64,000 nt of DNA, from NCBI RefSeq assembly GCF_003704095.1, contig NW_020845854.1, forward strand, positions 1-64,000, written 5' to 3'. The translations under genes were made by a program, and so were the position numbers. Of the stretch, positions 25,857 through 39,990 are shown piece after piece (the first letter of the stretch is position 1; each line of letters opens with the position of its first letter). The stretch comes from Pocillopora damicornis (taxonomy: Eukaryota). The notes below the pieces were generated by a model. That model saw only the letters and a list, made by a program, of their open reading frames with translations. It ran no database searches and was not told where the DNA came from.

Positions 25857-26278
25857 CAGTCGAAACTGTACATCATTAAGTACATCGTATTAAGCGGTCA
25901 CCCTATATAAGCGGTCGGTTTCCAAAGTCCTCTTAATTAGTGTAATTTTCACACATATTAAGCGGTCGTGGCCCCCCTCGACAGAGTCCCAACAGCCTCA
26001 TTGTTTGTATTGCCTGCCACTTATATTAAACGGTCACTGAGAGAGGAACCACTCAAATAAAACTAAGAATAATCTATCATGTGAAATCTAATTCATGTTT
26101 ATCTCCAGACATCAGGGTTAGAAGTATTTTTTGAGCCAGTGTTTGTACATTCAGTGGTCAATTATGGCATAAAATAACGTTTTTTCATCGTTTTTTATAC
26201 CCCTATTCTGTGGAACCTGTCATTAGTTATCAGCCCACAATTCCCCATGGGTGACCACTTAACACAGGTTCAGCTGTA
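25857..26278. mobile_element. Tc1/pogo-type MITE, copy 2
   Basis: cagtcgaaactgta...ttaagcggtcacc...gagtcccaacagcctc...caattatggcataaaata...caggttcagctgta, colinear with 17868-18295. Confidence 0.8.
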
Positions 26279-27438
26279 TTTCATAATTGCAAAGCAAAAG
26301 AAAGTCATGATCTCTCTTTAACATTATTTACATTTGAAACCAAAGATAGAGATTACCGACGGAGGTTCAAATTTTTAAGTTTCTTCTGTATGTGCGGTAT
26401 CAAAGGAATGCGAGTCGTCTTAGAGATAGCATTAAAGTACTCTTGTAGTTAAGAACTGTATATTACAATACGTTTTGGAGTGACTTTTCACTACATATCT
26501 TTGTTCTCCATGGCCAGCTACACGCAGCGTATGCACAAAACGTGAACTATAACATATCATAATCAAATCAAATGATTTAAGCTCATCACTGTTAAGTTAA
26601 CCTGATTTACAAATATCTACATCAGCGCATTCTTAAATACGTTAGAAACAATAGTTAAAACATCAGAAAAAATATTTCAAGAAGACATAATACTGAGCCA
26701 TCGCAACCAAACATTCATATTAGAGAAGCATTTTCTACTCTCACCTGCTGTTTTACTTATTTCAAGAAAATTGTTTAAAGGATCTGGTAAAAGCTTAAAT
26801 TAGATTACCTGCGCAACTAACGGCGACAGGCGGCCAGGGTAATGCCAGTTACTCAGTAAAAATAGAACCTAAAAATATTTAATAAATACTTCAATAATTG
26901 TCATCTCAAAAGTTACACTCGATTATCAGAACTTTGACACCTCAAAAGCAATTAAAAACAATGAATGATAAGACCCATCGGTTCTATGGGTATACAATTA
27001 TGATAACCACACAGGGTGCACCTGATAAATGAGGAGGGTTATCTATACTTCTCTAAAAATAAAAAATATTATCGTAGAGAAGATTCAGATAAATAAATCA
27101 CTGATTGAGGGGATGTACGAACACTGATCAAAGTTCATGCTTTCTAGGTGCAGTAGCAGATCCCAAGATCTCTAAAGTTCTTGCCATGACAAGATCACAT
27201 AAGATAACCTCTTAACTGGCTGAATTTCTTTGTTCATGTAACTGAGTGTGTGAGGGGAAAGAGGGGAGGGTTTGCAGAGGTAGGTTGGTCAAGAAGGAAT
27301 ATTGGGTCACTCCTTTCGAAGCATTCCTGGATCCAACCCTTGAGATGTCAAATTCTTAAAATTAAACGTATTAAACGTTACACTAACATGGGTATTATGA
27401 GCCTCTGAATTGCTAAATAACCCCAAGTACGTATTCAG

Positions 27439-30400
27439 TTAATATTCTGCTCCAGTTGACTCCACAGGTTGACCATCATCATTATTATCTCCCTCAAATG
27501 ATGTTTGCTGCTTTGCTGCCGATGTGTTCCTGTTCTTCAAGCAGAACAGTACAGTATCCACAGCAAACAACACCATTGTAATGATTCCAAATGCCTGACA
27601 CACAAAAAGGCAAATATGAGTGTTACTGACCCAGTGAGAGGTCTAGATTGTACTATCAGTGGTTTCAAGCACAAACTTTTTCCACACTTCCCATCTGGCA
27701 ACCCAAAACATGATATAGCTGAATAATTAAAAAAAATTTTTAACAGTGATGAAAATACAAGAAAAAAAGTTGGCTTTCTTATTTTTCCATTCTCAGTAAT
27801 AGTGCAAGATCTTTCGTTAACAACTTTTCATACTTCAGCATAACTGAATGCTTCACCATCTTTTGAATTACAAAAGAAAGTCACTTTCCAACTCTGAAAG
27901 TTTCAGTCCAGTACCAGCACCAGTTGGAATATAATGTTAAAACCCAGCATTTTAAAATATGGTCATATCAATGTGTCTTTGCTGCCCTGAAATCTTTCCC
28001 TATCTGATGGCTCACATTTCCTTTATCAAGACATAGCTAAAAATGACAAAGAATACCTGTTATTTAACAACTAGGTGGTTAATAAGTGGATTCATCCATA
28101 AGTATCCACTGCTAGCCACTAACACCAAGGTAAATAGTTGTTTTATTATACACTCAAACAGCAAGATAATAAAGCACATAAAGATGATTTTAACTTATTA
28201 TTCCTTCAAACCATTTATTCCTGCAATACAATAAAATGTTCCTGCCCAAATCCCATGCACCTTATGCCGAGGTGAACAGCACATGATATTTGGAATTTGA
28301 ATAGCAAATCAGATTGCACCTTCAAGGCTATCCACTGTTTTAGTATTTACTAAAAGAAGCTACTACAACTTTTTCCAACCTTAAAACTTTATGCTTATAA
28401 AGAAAAATATAAACAATGCCATCACCAAAAATTCCCTTATCATTTTTCATACTGACAAAAGAGCTGAAAGCTTACCCCAGCTGCCTCAACATTGCCACAA
28501 GGTTCTACAGTGCAGACCCTAAAATACGCTCCACTTCCATCTTTGTTCTCAGCTCTTCTCAAGTGTATAGCAGTATCAAGGACAAGAGATGAGGCTAGTA
28601 ACAAAAGAAAGGCAGTAACAGGGGAGTATACTGCCATCTGTTGAACAGATCAAAACAACCATGACAAGTCAGAGAGAATTGTTCCAAACATGTGTTCTAA
28701 GCTTACACAGCTGGAAAGACTTGGTATTAATCTACAAACACATTAAAGATGATAAATTTTTATGTCAGTCTTGCCAAGAAAGTTCACTGTTCCAAGATAA
28801 ATAACTATAACTGTAGCTCACAAGCAAAAAAACCAAGGAGAGTTTTTCAATTTCCTTCACTTATTAGAAATGATGCAACATCTTTCTTTATATCATTCTA
28901 GTCACCAATCTCAAACTTTCACCCCATCTCTACACCTTTTTACAAACTACAGAACCTAAATGTACACAAGACACTTGCCACATGTCACAGGAAGTATGTC
29001 AAACAAAAATTACTGAGTTCCTGTCAGGAATCGACCATTACACCTTTAGATTCTGTGCCCTGATACTCTATCACAGAGCCACAAAGACTTAGTGATGAGC
29101 AAGGTGAATACTTGGTTCATTTCTGACATGCATACCCCATACTGCTACAATTAGCAATGTTAGTGGAGAATCCAACATGATCAACATCAAAGTAGGACCT
29201 TTATTTAAATTAATTTTGTAACTGGGCTTCCAATATAATAAGGAAATTCTGGTATTTCTTTTTTTCTATATTTGTTTCAAATGATTTTTATCTTAAGTTT
29301 GTTTATCATCCAGTTGTAGTTTCATTAACATTTCAGTAGAGATCAACAATCTGCTACAACATACAGTGTATTTATGAATTCCCAGAATAGCATCAGTTTA
29401 ATTTATAGCATATAATCTTACTTTCATCCCTCTGAACCTCTACAATGTTGAACTTTCTTTCCTACAATTGTCAACATTGCAAGGGCATAGGGAGTTTTGC
29501 AACAAGTTGTGTTTGAGTTTATTTCAATAAGTCTTCTGCCTACAAGAATGTATGATACAGATGGAAGTCACTTCCAATTTGGTATCATTTAAGAAATTTC
29601 AGAAGGGCATTTTTGTGTTTTTTATATTCTGACAAGTTATCCTTGTGATGTTCTATTGACAATGTACCTCATGACAACTTTTCCTTGTACATGAAAAGAA
29701 TGGGTCAGATGAACATAAAAATGATGCATGTACATGTATAATTGTAAAATCATAAACCAATTTTCAGGTGAGTGTCAAAAGAAATTGAGGATTAATCAAT
29801 TGAGTTATTAAAATTGTGCTAGTTTCTCACACAATCCGATTCAAAACTAAAACCAATTGCATCTTCAAGTTGATAATTCAAGTTTCCCTTGTGGGCAGTT
29901 TGCCAATATTTTTACTTTGAATTCTCATCAGTTTTTGTGATATCTTCATTTGCTCTGATTGCCTGTTGAGACTAATTTGGTTTAGCTTACGCTACACTCA
30001 GTCAAAATGCACTTTATATCAAAGGTAAATGTGTACTTAATGATCACCAACTTACAAAAAAGTTCCAGTTGATAGCGATCCTCTCATAAAGCCGGAGCAA
30101 AAACAAGATGAACAGAAATATTACCACCAGCCATGATGTGATGGTTGCAAAGTAAAAGAAGTCAAATCTTCCACCATATCGAGAGTCGGTGTAATGCAGT
30201 GTAAAGCCAGAAAGGCAGGCAAATGCTAACAGAAGGCCAAGCTGGATGAGAAAAAAAGGCAAAGTTACTCACTCACCATGGCATGCACTCTTTAACTCTT
30301 ATGAATTTCTCCTTACAATATAAATACAATTATATCAAGCGGACAAGAGATGAGAATGAAGAAACTTATGATCCATCAAATGTTTTTGCATGCAAGCCAT

Positions 30401-31273
30401 TGGTCTAAATGCATCATGTGATTGAAAATGCCCTAGCTTAAACTCAGTATAATAGCAAAGGATATACCCAAAGTGATATTCACCAATTTTTAAACCTGAA
30501 GCCTACCATGGTAAAAGCATCTGTTCAAATTGAATCTAAGATGAAAGGCATTTAGTTACTGTTACAGAAGGGAAATGTTTGTTTGTTCATAAAGTAAGAA
30601 CACTGAAAAGTAAACATCCATGCTGTAAACAGTAAGTTGTTTGTAAACATTTTCCCCACTTGTTAGAAAAATAATTGAAGGATTATAAAAATATGCACGG
30701 ATAATTGTCCTTGGACTTAATCTGTTCCTTAGAGCTCACAGTTTTCCTCATGCTATGCTCTGGGCAAACTGTTTGCATCTCAGAACAGATAATACACAAT
30801 GGTAGCAATTGTTCATTCATCAATCTGGGGATCATCAGTTGATCCAACACCAAATTCTCAAAACTGACATGTTAAAATTTTAAGGGAAAAAGAAAGGGAT
30901 AGTAACTAGTGAGATTTTGGGAGTTAAAGGTTTTAACAAGGATTATGGTCTCAATTCATGAATAAATGGTCTCAATTCTTGAATAAAAGCTCTTGTAGCC
31001 TAGTGTGGATCATATTGATAGCAAATAAGCTATTTGGTATTGGGCTTTTTATACCTGCCCCTTCCCCCTTCACAAATTGTCCATCATGAATAAATTAAAA
31101 GCAGCGCTTCAAACATTCTTCCAGTTATAAAATCAAAACTGATCACTTGACCTGTTGTGTTAAAAAATGTTATCATCACGTACAATTTCCAAAATTTTAA
31201 GAAGTCCTGGTACACTTTTTAAGTAGTTGAAATCCAAACCAGTCTGTCTCATCTGTAGATTAGGGTCCTCCAT
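27439..31273 (-). CDS. MARVEL-domain tetraspan membrane protein (MAL/plasmolipin/CMTM-like), 197 aa, 4 coding exons
   Basis: Phase-0 exons 31273-31184 (…DFNYLKSVPGLLKILEI, typical MARVEL start), 30241-30056, 28637-28476 and 27594-27439 (AFGIITMVLFAVDTVLF...*). Confidence 0.9.
28990..29165 (-). mobile_element. Degenerate tRNA-derived SINE-like repeat
   Basis: The reverse strand reads as a tRNA-like head (gtgatagagtatcagggcacagaatctaaaggt...tcgattcct) similar to the + strand segment at about 37030-37125. Confidence 0.4.
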
Positions 31274-32032
31274 GTTAAACTTTCTTTGCGCTTACCGTTA
31301 TATGGCCCCAATCTAGAATTCAAGAGCAATAGAAATAAAGGCAATATCCTGAAAATTTCGCAATACTTGTATGCCAGGCTTTCTCAAGTTTATCTTTAAG
31401 GGATCTTGACAGTAGTTAGCTGTCTGTAATTTCCAGAAATAAAACATGTTCTTAAAATTGTGACACATTGGACCGAGAGGAAGTGCTCTTTCTTACTTTA
31501 AAGACAAATACATCGCTTATCAATCATTTAATAAACATTTCCGCATATGAACGCGCCTAAATATGAAAGTGGCTAAAACTGATACGCTTTCACGTTTGCT
31601 CAAACATAAAATTTGTAACTGTTGCAAAGTACTGTGAACTCGAAAATAACAAGATGAAAGTGAAAGAGTGTAGTTAAGGGAAACTCGACATGCATTCACT
31701 ACTTTCCGGTAGTGCATTTTAAAGATGTCAGCTGTTCGTTTGATTGAACCTTTTCGGTTGCACTTTTGTTTGCCTCTTTCTTTCTTAGAGATTTTGACTT
31801 GCGACACCAGTGTGGATTACTGTTCCACGCACTTTTCTGGTAAATTTTCGAGTTATTATAAGGAAGAGTTATAGCACATACTAAATATAAAGTTCGGTAT
31901 ATTAAAAATCATGCAACTGAGAGCTTTCTCTGTGAAGAGCTTAAATTTTTCTTACGGGTGGAATTGCATCAAGTCGGAATTTAAATAATATACGGACAAA
32001 TGAAATAATTTTAAGAGTGCAGAGTTTCTTAC

Positions 32033-32381
32033 CCTAATCAAAGAGGAGGTTTGCCTCGGAAGTAATCAGATCCTTGTACAGATGATACCTCACTATACCA
32101 TACACAAAATGGTCGAAAGGGCAGCGATGAGGAACTTCAAAATAAGTATATAAAACCTTTCCTAATTGGCCAAAAAATCTTTTGACCAATCATAGCAAAT
32201 CTAAGAATTTCTTTCGGGTAAAAATAAATCATTACGGTTACCTCACTTCCATGCTTACGAAAAATGGCGGTTTTTTGGTAGTCACTATGCAAACTCGACA
32301 AATTTTTCATCGCTAAAATCTATCGACCGAAAGAAAACCAAATTTAATTGTGCGTTGCAATCAAGGTACTAATTACAAAAT
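32033..32381. promoter_or_regulatory. Putative bidirectional promoter between the MARVEL gene (-) and HAUS4 (+)
   Basis: Minus-strand donor (cttac, 32028-32032) implies a 5' UTR exon of the MARVEL gene; YY1-type AAAATGGCGG at 32261-32270; CCAAT boxes in both orientations near 32165-32190. Confidence 0.45.
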
Positions 32382-35300
32382 ATGATGTCAGCTCAAGAAA
32401 CGGCAGATAAATGTAAGATCATGTATGCACTGTGGGTATAAAATTTGAATATTTTTGGTCTTACATAAATTCAGTCGTCACTCAAAAATTTAGAAGTTAC
32501 TCATGATGTAAGATTGCAATTTTTCATTTTTTGTAGCATGAGATCAGCTTATCACATGATCGGTGAATAATTCATCACCTGTAAATATAGCTACTAATTC
32601 TGTCCTGAGTTCATACAAACTCTGTTTTGCCGAATGTTTCTGGCGAAAATGTCACGACACCGCTTTTAGCTTGAATACATATATTCCAGTTAAGATCAAT
32701 TACAATTAATACTTCTCAGCATAGGCTTATGCACTGTATCGTGTAAGCTTTCAAATTATTCTTAAGTTGTTGTTACTTGAAATCAGCTGATTACACGATC
32801 GGCGAAGAATAAGTATAACATCAATGATTGTAAATTTATTATTTGAAGGAAAATTCAATTTGCAATTCGAAGAAAAAAGTTCATGTTTTGAACATTGTAA
32901 ATGTATCACGAATAAGACGAGTTTAAAGATTTACTCTACAGCACGCACCTATGAACAGTTACTGTCCAGTTTTGTTCAGTTCCTACTTCAAAATTTAATT
33001 ATGTTCAAAGTCATGTAATATGAAATCAGTTGATCACATGATTGGTCAAAAATAGATAATCAATAACTGTCATTTTATTCTACCAGACTTTTAATTAAAA
33101 AAGGTTTCTTTTGTGTTAATATTTGTTTTCTAGTCCAAAAAAAAAGGTTGAAATTTAATTTGCCAGAATTCACTATACACACATATGCAAAATTTAGTTC
33201 AGTTATCCTTAAGACTTTGTAGCATGGCTTATCAATCCTTGTTCAAACAGTTTCAGGCTCAGACTCTTTCTTTCAGGGTCAGCTGACTTAATCCTGTGAT
33301 TTATCATTTGCTTGAATCATCAGTTTTAATATTATGGTACTGAGTGAATTGCTTAGAAAGTGCAAATTTTTCAATAATGGAGAAAAATGTTTCTTATTTA
33401 ATGTTTACACAGTGAACAACAGCCTACCAATTCATTTGACAGCTTCAAATGTACAGCAGAACCCAGAATTTGTAAAATTGTTAATGTCACTGACAAGACA
33501 TCTGACAGACAGTGGCATGTCAGTTGCTGTTCATAAAGACATGTTACAGGTTAGAAACGGGCCAGGCACTGCCAGTCTCAATGCCTTTGTTTTTAGGGCA
33601 GTTTCAGCTGTCTCACTTTATTTGAAATTAATGATGATGAATGGTTGCCAATATTGATCTATCCACTTGTTCAAGCAAAGAAAATATTACCCAACTTCAC
33701 CTTACTGGAATAAATAGCATTTTTTTTTTACTTTTACCACTGAAACAAAACCAAAAATTGAGATGTATAAATTAAACTAGTTCCTTTACAATAGAGAAAT
33801 AAACATCTAATGTGCCAAAAAGGAGAAATATCACAAATAACATTTATAATGCACAGTCCTATTAAGGCTTAGAATGCTGAGAAAAAATAATTTTTCTTTC
33901 CTTCAATGAACAGGCTGAGGATGCTTTAAGAGAACAAAAATTGAAGTACCTTCAGATTTGGACATTGTACTCAGAGCTAAAGGATTTGTTGATTGAATAT
34001 GACGTAAAGAAACAAGATGTTCATCCCAGTTCAGCCACATTACAAGTAAGAGGATTACTTGAAAATGAAACCTTGCTAGTTTACATTGTTTTGTTGCAAA
34101 ATCAGGTGGATGCCAGTGTATTCTATAGCTGATTTCTAGAAAACATTGGCCAGAATTTTATCCTCATGGATTTGAGAAGTAGAATGGTGATGATAGATAG
34201 GCACCAGTAAACTGCTAGGGGAATGTGACATAAAGTAGGGGTACAGTTATGTAATCTGTGATGAATGTTCATCCTGCCCATCAAGAGTACCAGAGAAACT
34301 GAGATAACTTCTGGCAGCTATTGCTGATTAATTGAAGATGCTTTTTCTTTTCTGTGATTGATAGCTTTATGAAGCCCTGAAGGTGTCGCTTGCACAGGCA
34401 GAGGCACTTGACTACATAGATTTCCACCCTGAAGGAGGTGAACAATCTGCAACATTGCTTGGACTGAAAGCAGAACAACTACTTGCAGGAGAACATCAGA
34501 GAAAGTCCTTACACCAAGTAAGCTTTAGGTCATTTGTATGATTTTTGTTGTGGACATTGTGCATGTTGTGTTAAGTTTCTTTGTTTGATCAATTGAATGA
34601 ATAACATAGTTTTCTTTTTTTGCTCAGTCTTTTCAACAGAGTATTATTCCTGAACTTGAGACCAGGTTGAGAAGCAAGTGTGAAACTTTAGCAAGTTTTC
34701 ACAAACCAACAAAACAAGCTGGTATGAGTCACTACTTATTTCTTGTAAATGGACCAAGTTTGTGTTTAATGCCTGACAATATTATTCATGCATTACTTTG
34801 GCCATCTTTCAGAGAATGAACAGTTGTCTTTTGCTAAAGCTACCCAGTTACCAGCATTTCTTGAAAATGAGAAACAGTTGTTGGACCAAGAAAAGAAGCA
34901 GTTGCATCATAATCACATGCTGAGAGACAAACAGTTTACACAATTATATGAGGTTAAGTGTCTTTATTGGTTATTGTTCTACTTGATGTTAACCATAAGC
35001 CTTAGGTTGTTTACGTATCATAAAAAATGTTATTTATATTAGTGCCAATATAATCATGTTACAGTCTACTGAGGAAACATGTTTACTGTTATAAAGGGTT
35101 CCTAAGGTCAGATTCCTGTGTTGTTAATGGTGAACTTTCATTTATAATTTTTTTTTACTGTTTTTACATGGCTTTGAGGATAAAAATTGACATTAGCATG
35201 AAATGAAATCCAAAGTTTGGCTCTGAACCTCAGGTTTTACATATTGTTGAAAGGCTTAGTAGCAAAAACTAATGAGTGAGGAAGCCTGGGGATGCCTATT

Positions 35301-36985
35301 TGATTGTAAGCAGCAACTTGCTCTTGCAAAAATTCATCATTGTTTTGTCCAGGGTTGCTTCTGGAAAAAGGAAGAGAAACAATGACAAACTTGACTCGTG
35401 TGCTTCCAGGTCTTAGAAATGGATCTAGATCAAGGGGTGGTGGGTAGGGTCAGTAAGATTACAAATCACTTCACCACTTCTGCCCAGCCATTTATGTGGA
35501 CACTTTGTTTTTTTTTTTTAATGTTAGGTTTTAATGCAGTCACTTCAAATTCTACAAAAACTAATGGCAGACCATCAGCTGCAGTCTCAAGCAAAACATG
35601 ATCGGGTGATGGCAGAGTGGTTGGCTGCAAAGTGTGATGCTATGTGCCTGAAAGTCAGGTATTATTGACATGGGTTTCAGTTATTTAGCACAGTTGCACA
35701 TGTTATCCTGCTATAATCCGCCTGCATGAGGTGCATATCGATCTCATCTCCAGGGTCCCTCTTCTTAAAGGGTGAGATAAAGGGAAAGATTGGGAACCAG
35801 TTTGATTGATTATGTGCAACTGTATTATTTGAAGCAATATCAATGAATTTTCAATTTGGGCAATGTGAAGGAAGAAAAAAAAATTATCAATTAGAGGATA
35901 TTGTTTGATGTAATGCGTAATTCTCAGAGTGATATTTGTAAGGGATATATGGCAGACAGCATGGAGAATTGGAAAGAGGAGAAGGTTTAACAATGAGTTG
36001 AAGAAATTTCCTCTTATGACATCAATACATTTTCAAGATGGGCAATGTGAAGAAAGAAACATATCAACCAGAGGATACTGTTTGATGTAACACCTAATTC
36101 TCAGAACAGTCCTTATTGGAGATGATGGCACACCGCGTAGAGAATTGACAATTATATTTAGGAGAGAAATATTTAATCACAACTGTATGCTTCCTTCATA
36201 GAGTACTTCAAAATCAGATGATCAGGGACACATACACTCCTGAAGCAATTCAAGCTCTTAAAAGAATCAAGTATGTGTGCTTAACAGTGCTTTTATTAAC
36301 ATCTGTTGAATCTCTCAGTCTAGAAACAATTTTCAATTGAGTGGCCAAAATAATCTGGGATTGCATTGCTTTTGCTCTTCTTTACGCTGTGATTGGCCCA
36401 GAAAACTCGCGCCACTATCTCACCTAATCAGATTTTGAGAGGCTAAAACCAATCGCGACTTGGTCACCCGCGTTTTCCCGCGCTCGAGAAAGCGTGCTTG
36501 GTTTAATAGTAAGTACAGGTCTATTCTAATTGGCTTTTTGTGATATTTGTCTTTGGTTTGATTGGCTGGTTTGATTATTTCAGTTGGTTTTTTAAGACTC
36601 TAAGCCGAAATTCGCACTATATCGAACGTTATACTAAAGCTTTTGGCTAGGCTGATCCCAGCAGTATGTAGACGCCTCTCACATACATGTTTGAACTTAG
36701 TGTGTGCCAACACAGTGGTCGTTGGGCCTTAATTCTAGCCCGCCGCGCGCCAATTTTCCCGCGCAAAATTTCTAAGAAAAACATGAAAAACATCCGTTGT
36801 CACGTCAAACATGCAAACTTAACTGAAACTTTCTCAGAAATCTACAAAAATACTTTCCGAAAACAAAGTTTATTCCAAAGGCTAACGCTCGAGTCGTCGT
36901 TTTAAACTCTTTACGGTGGCCAGTTATCGCTGTCAACTCAGGTGATAATACTAAATTAAACTGTTATACTCTCCCACCGACGCTA

Positions 36986-37016
<31 letters not shown>

Positions 37017-37380
37017 CATTCGAGTGATCTGTAGGTCTGCGGTGGAGCATTGGACCGCGAATTGCAAGGGTCTGGGACATGCGTCCGTGAAGGATACTCA
37101 GACTTTTTTCTTTGTACGACGTTTGACAAAATTGCTAATATTTTTCTCTCTTCATATTCACCTTAGGGCCTCTTTAAAGGACGCCGAAGAAGAGAGCACT
37201 GCTGAGTTTCACCGACTTACACAAACACTTCTCGCTTACGAGTCAGTTGGACTGGGTTTTGATTCCCTTGTTCAGCAATACACTACACTCATGGCGGAGA
37301 TTGACAACAAGAAATGGGCGCTGAGCGAACTGCGACAAAATCAAGGAAGCGAGTTGGACGACTTGTGGAATCAGCATTAA
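32382..37380 (+). CDS. HAUS4: HAUS augmin-like complex subunit 4, 366 aa, 9 exons
   Basis: Exons 32382-32412, 33413-33549, 33914-34045, 34365-34517, 34628-34721, 34813-34952, 35528-35658, 36202-36270 and 37167-37380 join in frame (1101 nt). QNPEFVKLLMSLTRHLTDSGMS, DTYTPEAIQAL and GFDSLVQQY...IDNKKWALSE match my recollection of HAUS4. Confidence 0.88.
36877..37016 (+). mobile_element. Penelope-like-derived repeat, 5'-truncated within the hammerhead
   Basis: aaggctaacgctcga...ctttacggtggccag...tactctcccaccgacgctacaccacagtttctttagaaacttaccccc. Confidence 0.6.
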
Positions 37381-38083
37381 CGTGAAAACAACAGAACGGC
37401 GTTCAACTTGAAAAGAAGGTTTCAGCCAAACTTCAGCTTCTTTGTGAAGCAGTTAGCGCGATCACGGAAATGAAAACATCTTAAATTCTCAAATTAAAGA
37501 GATATCTTCCCTTTCATAGATGAGATGTCAAAAATTGAATTGGACGTGAACCTGTTGGAGAACGTTGTATGACAGACTTCTTATATTGTCTCCCTGCAGC
37601 AAAGATTATTCATTTTTAGAATACTTCTCTTCACGAGCCGATGATATAGGTCGCGAAGTTTACATTTCCAAACTGACTCGAGATACGAATTATGCTGCAG
37701 CTACTTTAAATATAAGTTTGAATATATACGATTTCAGTGACCCAGTTACTTGTTCGTGACTTACAATCAGTGTTTCGAGATTCATCTTTCTAAAAAGTTT
37801 TTCCTTTTAAATCTGCATGGTAACTTCAGAGCCACCTTAATTTTTCGATAATCTCTTCAAGTTTACATAAGATAAAGTGCAGTGGAATCGCTATAACAGA
37901 GAATTGCTATTTGAAAATAACATGACCATTTTGAGCCACCTTACAGCATATCAGGAAGATGCGATAGCTTGCAATAGAGTTTTTTCCTTTGAAAATCTCG
38001 GTTGTTGCAAAACCTCATTCTCTTAACAGTTTTAACATTCCTCGAGTTTCACGATTTATTGAAAGTGTTCCCAGTTAAGAGAA

Positions 38084-39487
38084 TTACTGTGCACACACAT
38101 CTTTTAAAATCTGCATGGATAACGTAATGAAATCTTCTGCTTGTTCTTTTGTGGTAACGTGTGGGAAATATTCCACGGCCCAGTAAAGTTTACCGTCCAC
38201 CGTCAGGATGTTGTTACCGAAAACGTGGCCCAGTCTCTCTCCTCTCAGACCAAAGTACATTCCGGCAAATTTGAACGGACACTCCCCACCCTGGCTCGTC
38301 TGGAGGGCTCCGCAGTTAGTGATAGTGATGATCTGGCTCCTACGGCCTTCGTTATTTTCATAATTGTGTAAATTGCAATAAGCTTTGCTACCAGAACAAT
38401 AATAAAGCTTCAAGAGGTCGAGGTGCTTCCCAGAGTCTAGCTGCCCGTGTACCTCGCGAGTACACGTGCGAGCAAACTCCCAAAATCCAACTTTGTCATC
38501 GGGGTAAGCCAAGGGAACTAAAATTGATAAAGCACTTGCGGTAACATAGGCTCCAAACTCAAAAGTTTCAACTTTTGGCTGGCAATCTTTGCGTAGACTG
38601 ACTGTATAGATTGAATCGATGCAGACTGGAGTGTGAAGATCGTGTTTTTTCGTGCAGAGAATTCGCGCGATCGCTTGGTGCGTGGAGGCGGTTATGGCAC
38701 CGTGAACTGTGCACTTGTTGGCTTTACAGTTCTTTAGCAGCAGCTTTGTGTCTTCTTCAGAAAAACTTCGACCAAGGAGGCAGGTTTTCTTCGATACCGA
38801 CGGATTTGAATTGACAACAGGGGGGTAAACTGAAAGGTAAAGATTATTTGGTTTCATGAAGAAGGTTTTCGCTCGCTGAAGTGCGAAAAAGCTCGAAATT
38901 AACACTTTCTCCGCAGTGCTTGGTTCGGCTCGATTGGATAGCAGTGATTCCAAGGGGGGTCTAAGGGGCAAGCTTTCAACTTCAAATTCTTCACTATGGT
39001 GGAGAGCCGCTAAAAATTCCACCAGTTTTTGCTGAAGCTGGAAGACAGAAAGTGCGTCGCAGATTGCATGTTGGAATGTGAACAGTAACGCGTAGTTGTA
39101 TTTGCCTTCGTGGACTGATTCTTTCAGTAGCCTCACTCGCCATAGAGGACCAATGTTAGTGTTGAACAAGGGGCCATCTGTTTCCTTTTCGAAACCTTTT
39201 TCCCATTCATCAGCAGTTATCTCGTCCAATACTCGAAAGTCGACTGTTTCTGGGTTTTCCATTTCTTCAAAGTATGGTTGACTGCCGCTCTCGTTGATTC
39301 GCATCCGTAGCAAGGGAAATCGTTTGGGTAGCAGACTAAGGGCTTTCCGCAGATGATCGTGAATCAGTTCTTCTTCAGAAGTCAGTAGCAGCACAGAAGT
39401 AATAGTCCCCCAATGATTTATTTTTTCTCTGTCGAGCAGCACCCGCTCTAACATGCCAAGAGGTCTTGAATTAGTACTCTCCGCCAT
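38084..39487 (-). CDS. Intronless CoA-dependent acyltransferase / condensation-domain-fold protein (alcohol acetyltransferase/PapA5-like), 467 aa
   Basis: RPLGMLE start, RFPLLRMRI, GPLWRV, FTFQHAICDA (HHxxxDG-type motif), CKANKCTVHGAI, TNCG and C-terminal TVDGKL. First ATG is at 39487; the ORF track start at 39505 is a GTG. Confidence 0.85.
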   Translation of the reverse strand: MAESTNSRPLGMLERVLLDREKINHWGTITSVLLLTSEEELIHDHLRKALSLLPKRFPLLRMRINESGSQPYFEEMENPETVDFRVLDEITADEWEKGFEKETDGPLFNTNIGPLWRVRLLKESVHEGKYNYALLFTFQHAICDALSVFQLQQKLVEFLAALHHSEEFEVESLPLRPPLESLLSNRAEPSTAEKVLISSFFALQRAKTFFMKPNNLYLSVYPPVVNSNPSVSKKTCLLGRSFSEEDTKLLLKNCKANKCTVHGAITASTHQAIARILCTKKHDLHTPVCIDSIYTVSLRKDCQPKVETFEFGAYVTASALSILVPLAYPDDKVGFWEFARTCTREVHGQLDSGKHLDLLKLYYCSGSKAYCNLHNYENNEGRRSQIITITNCGALQTSQGGECPFKFAGMYFGLRGERLGHVFGNNILTVDGKLYWAVEYFPHVTTKEQAEDFITLSMQILKDVCAQ

Positions 39488-39704
39488 GAAATCGTGCTGT
39501 TTCACAAGTTACTGTGCGATCTTCAAGGCTCGTAAGTCCCTCTTTCTTGTTTTTGGCCGTTAGGATTTTTTTTGTTTTTGTGGGCACCTTCAATAACTTT
39601 GATTTGTAATGATCATTGGTGTTGTTTTGGAAAAAATAAATCCGTGCGCGCGTTACTTCGTGATCTTCTTTACTGTGCTGTCTTGTGTTTTTGAAAAACA
39701 TCGA

Positions 39705-39712
39705 TGACGTCA
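39705..39712. promoter_or_regulatory. CRE consensus TGACGTCA upstream of the minus-strand acyltransferase
   Basis: Exact palindrome 218 bp upstream of ATG 39487. Confidence 0.4.
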
Positions 39713-39854
39713 TAAGCGTTCCAATATCGAGTTTATTCACGACCAGTAATACTTTAAACCATTTAGATTACAACCAGCAGTCTTTTCTTGTGATTTCCCC
39801 AAAAACCGAAAAACTCACCCCGTCATCGAGTAAGTAAAGCTACAAAGGCCTCGG

Positions 39855-39990
39855 TTAAAGTTTCCGCATACCCCCATACTATTGTAAAACAGATCTGTTT
39901 TCCTAATGGCAATTTATTGTTTTTGTCATTGTTTTCTCTATCCAATTGAACTGAATGCATAATGTAGTATGGGGTTGTGCGGAAATTTTA
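39855..39990. repeat. Short inverted-repeat element
   Basis: taaagtttccgcatacccccatacta ... tagtatggggttgtgcggaaatttta. Confidence 0.55.

Noticed and set aside
37024-37125. tRNA-like sequence
   Set aside because: No complete cloverleaf, and it resembles the reverse segment at 28990-29165, consistent with a SINE head.
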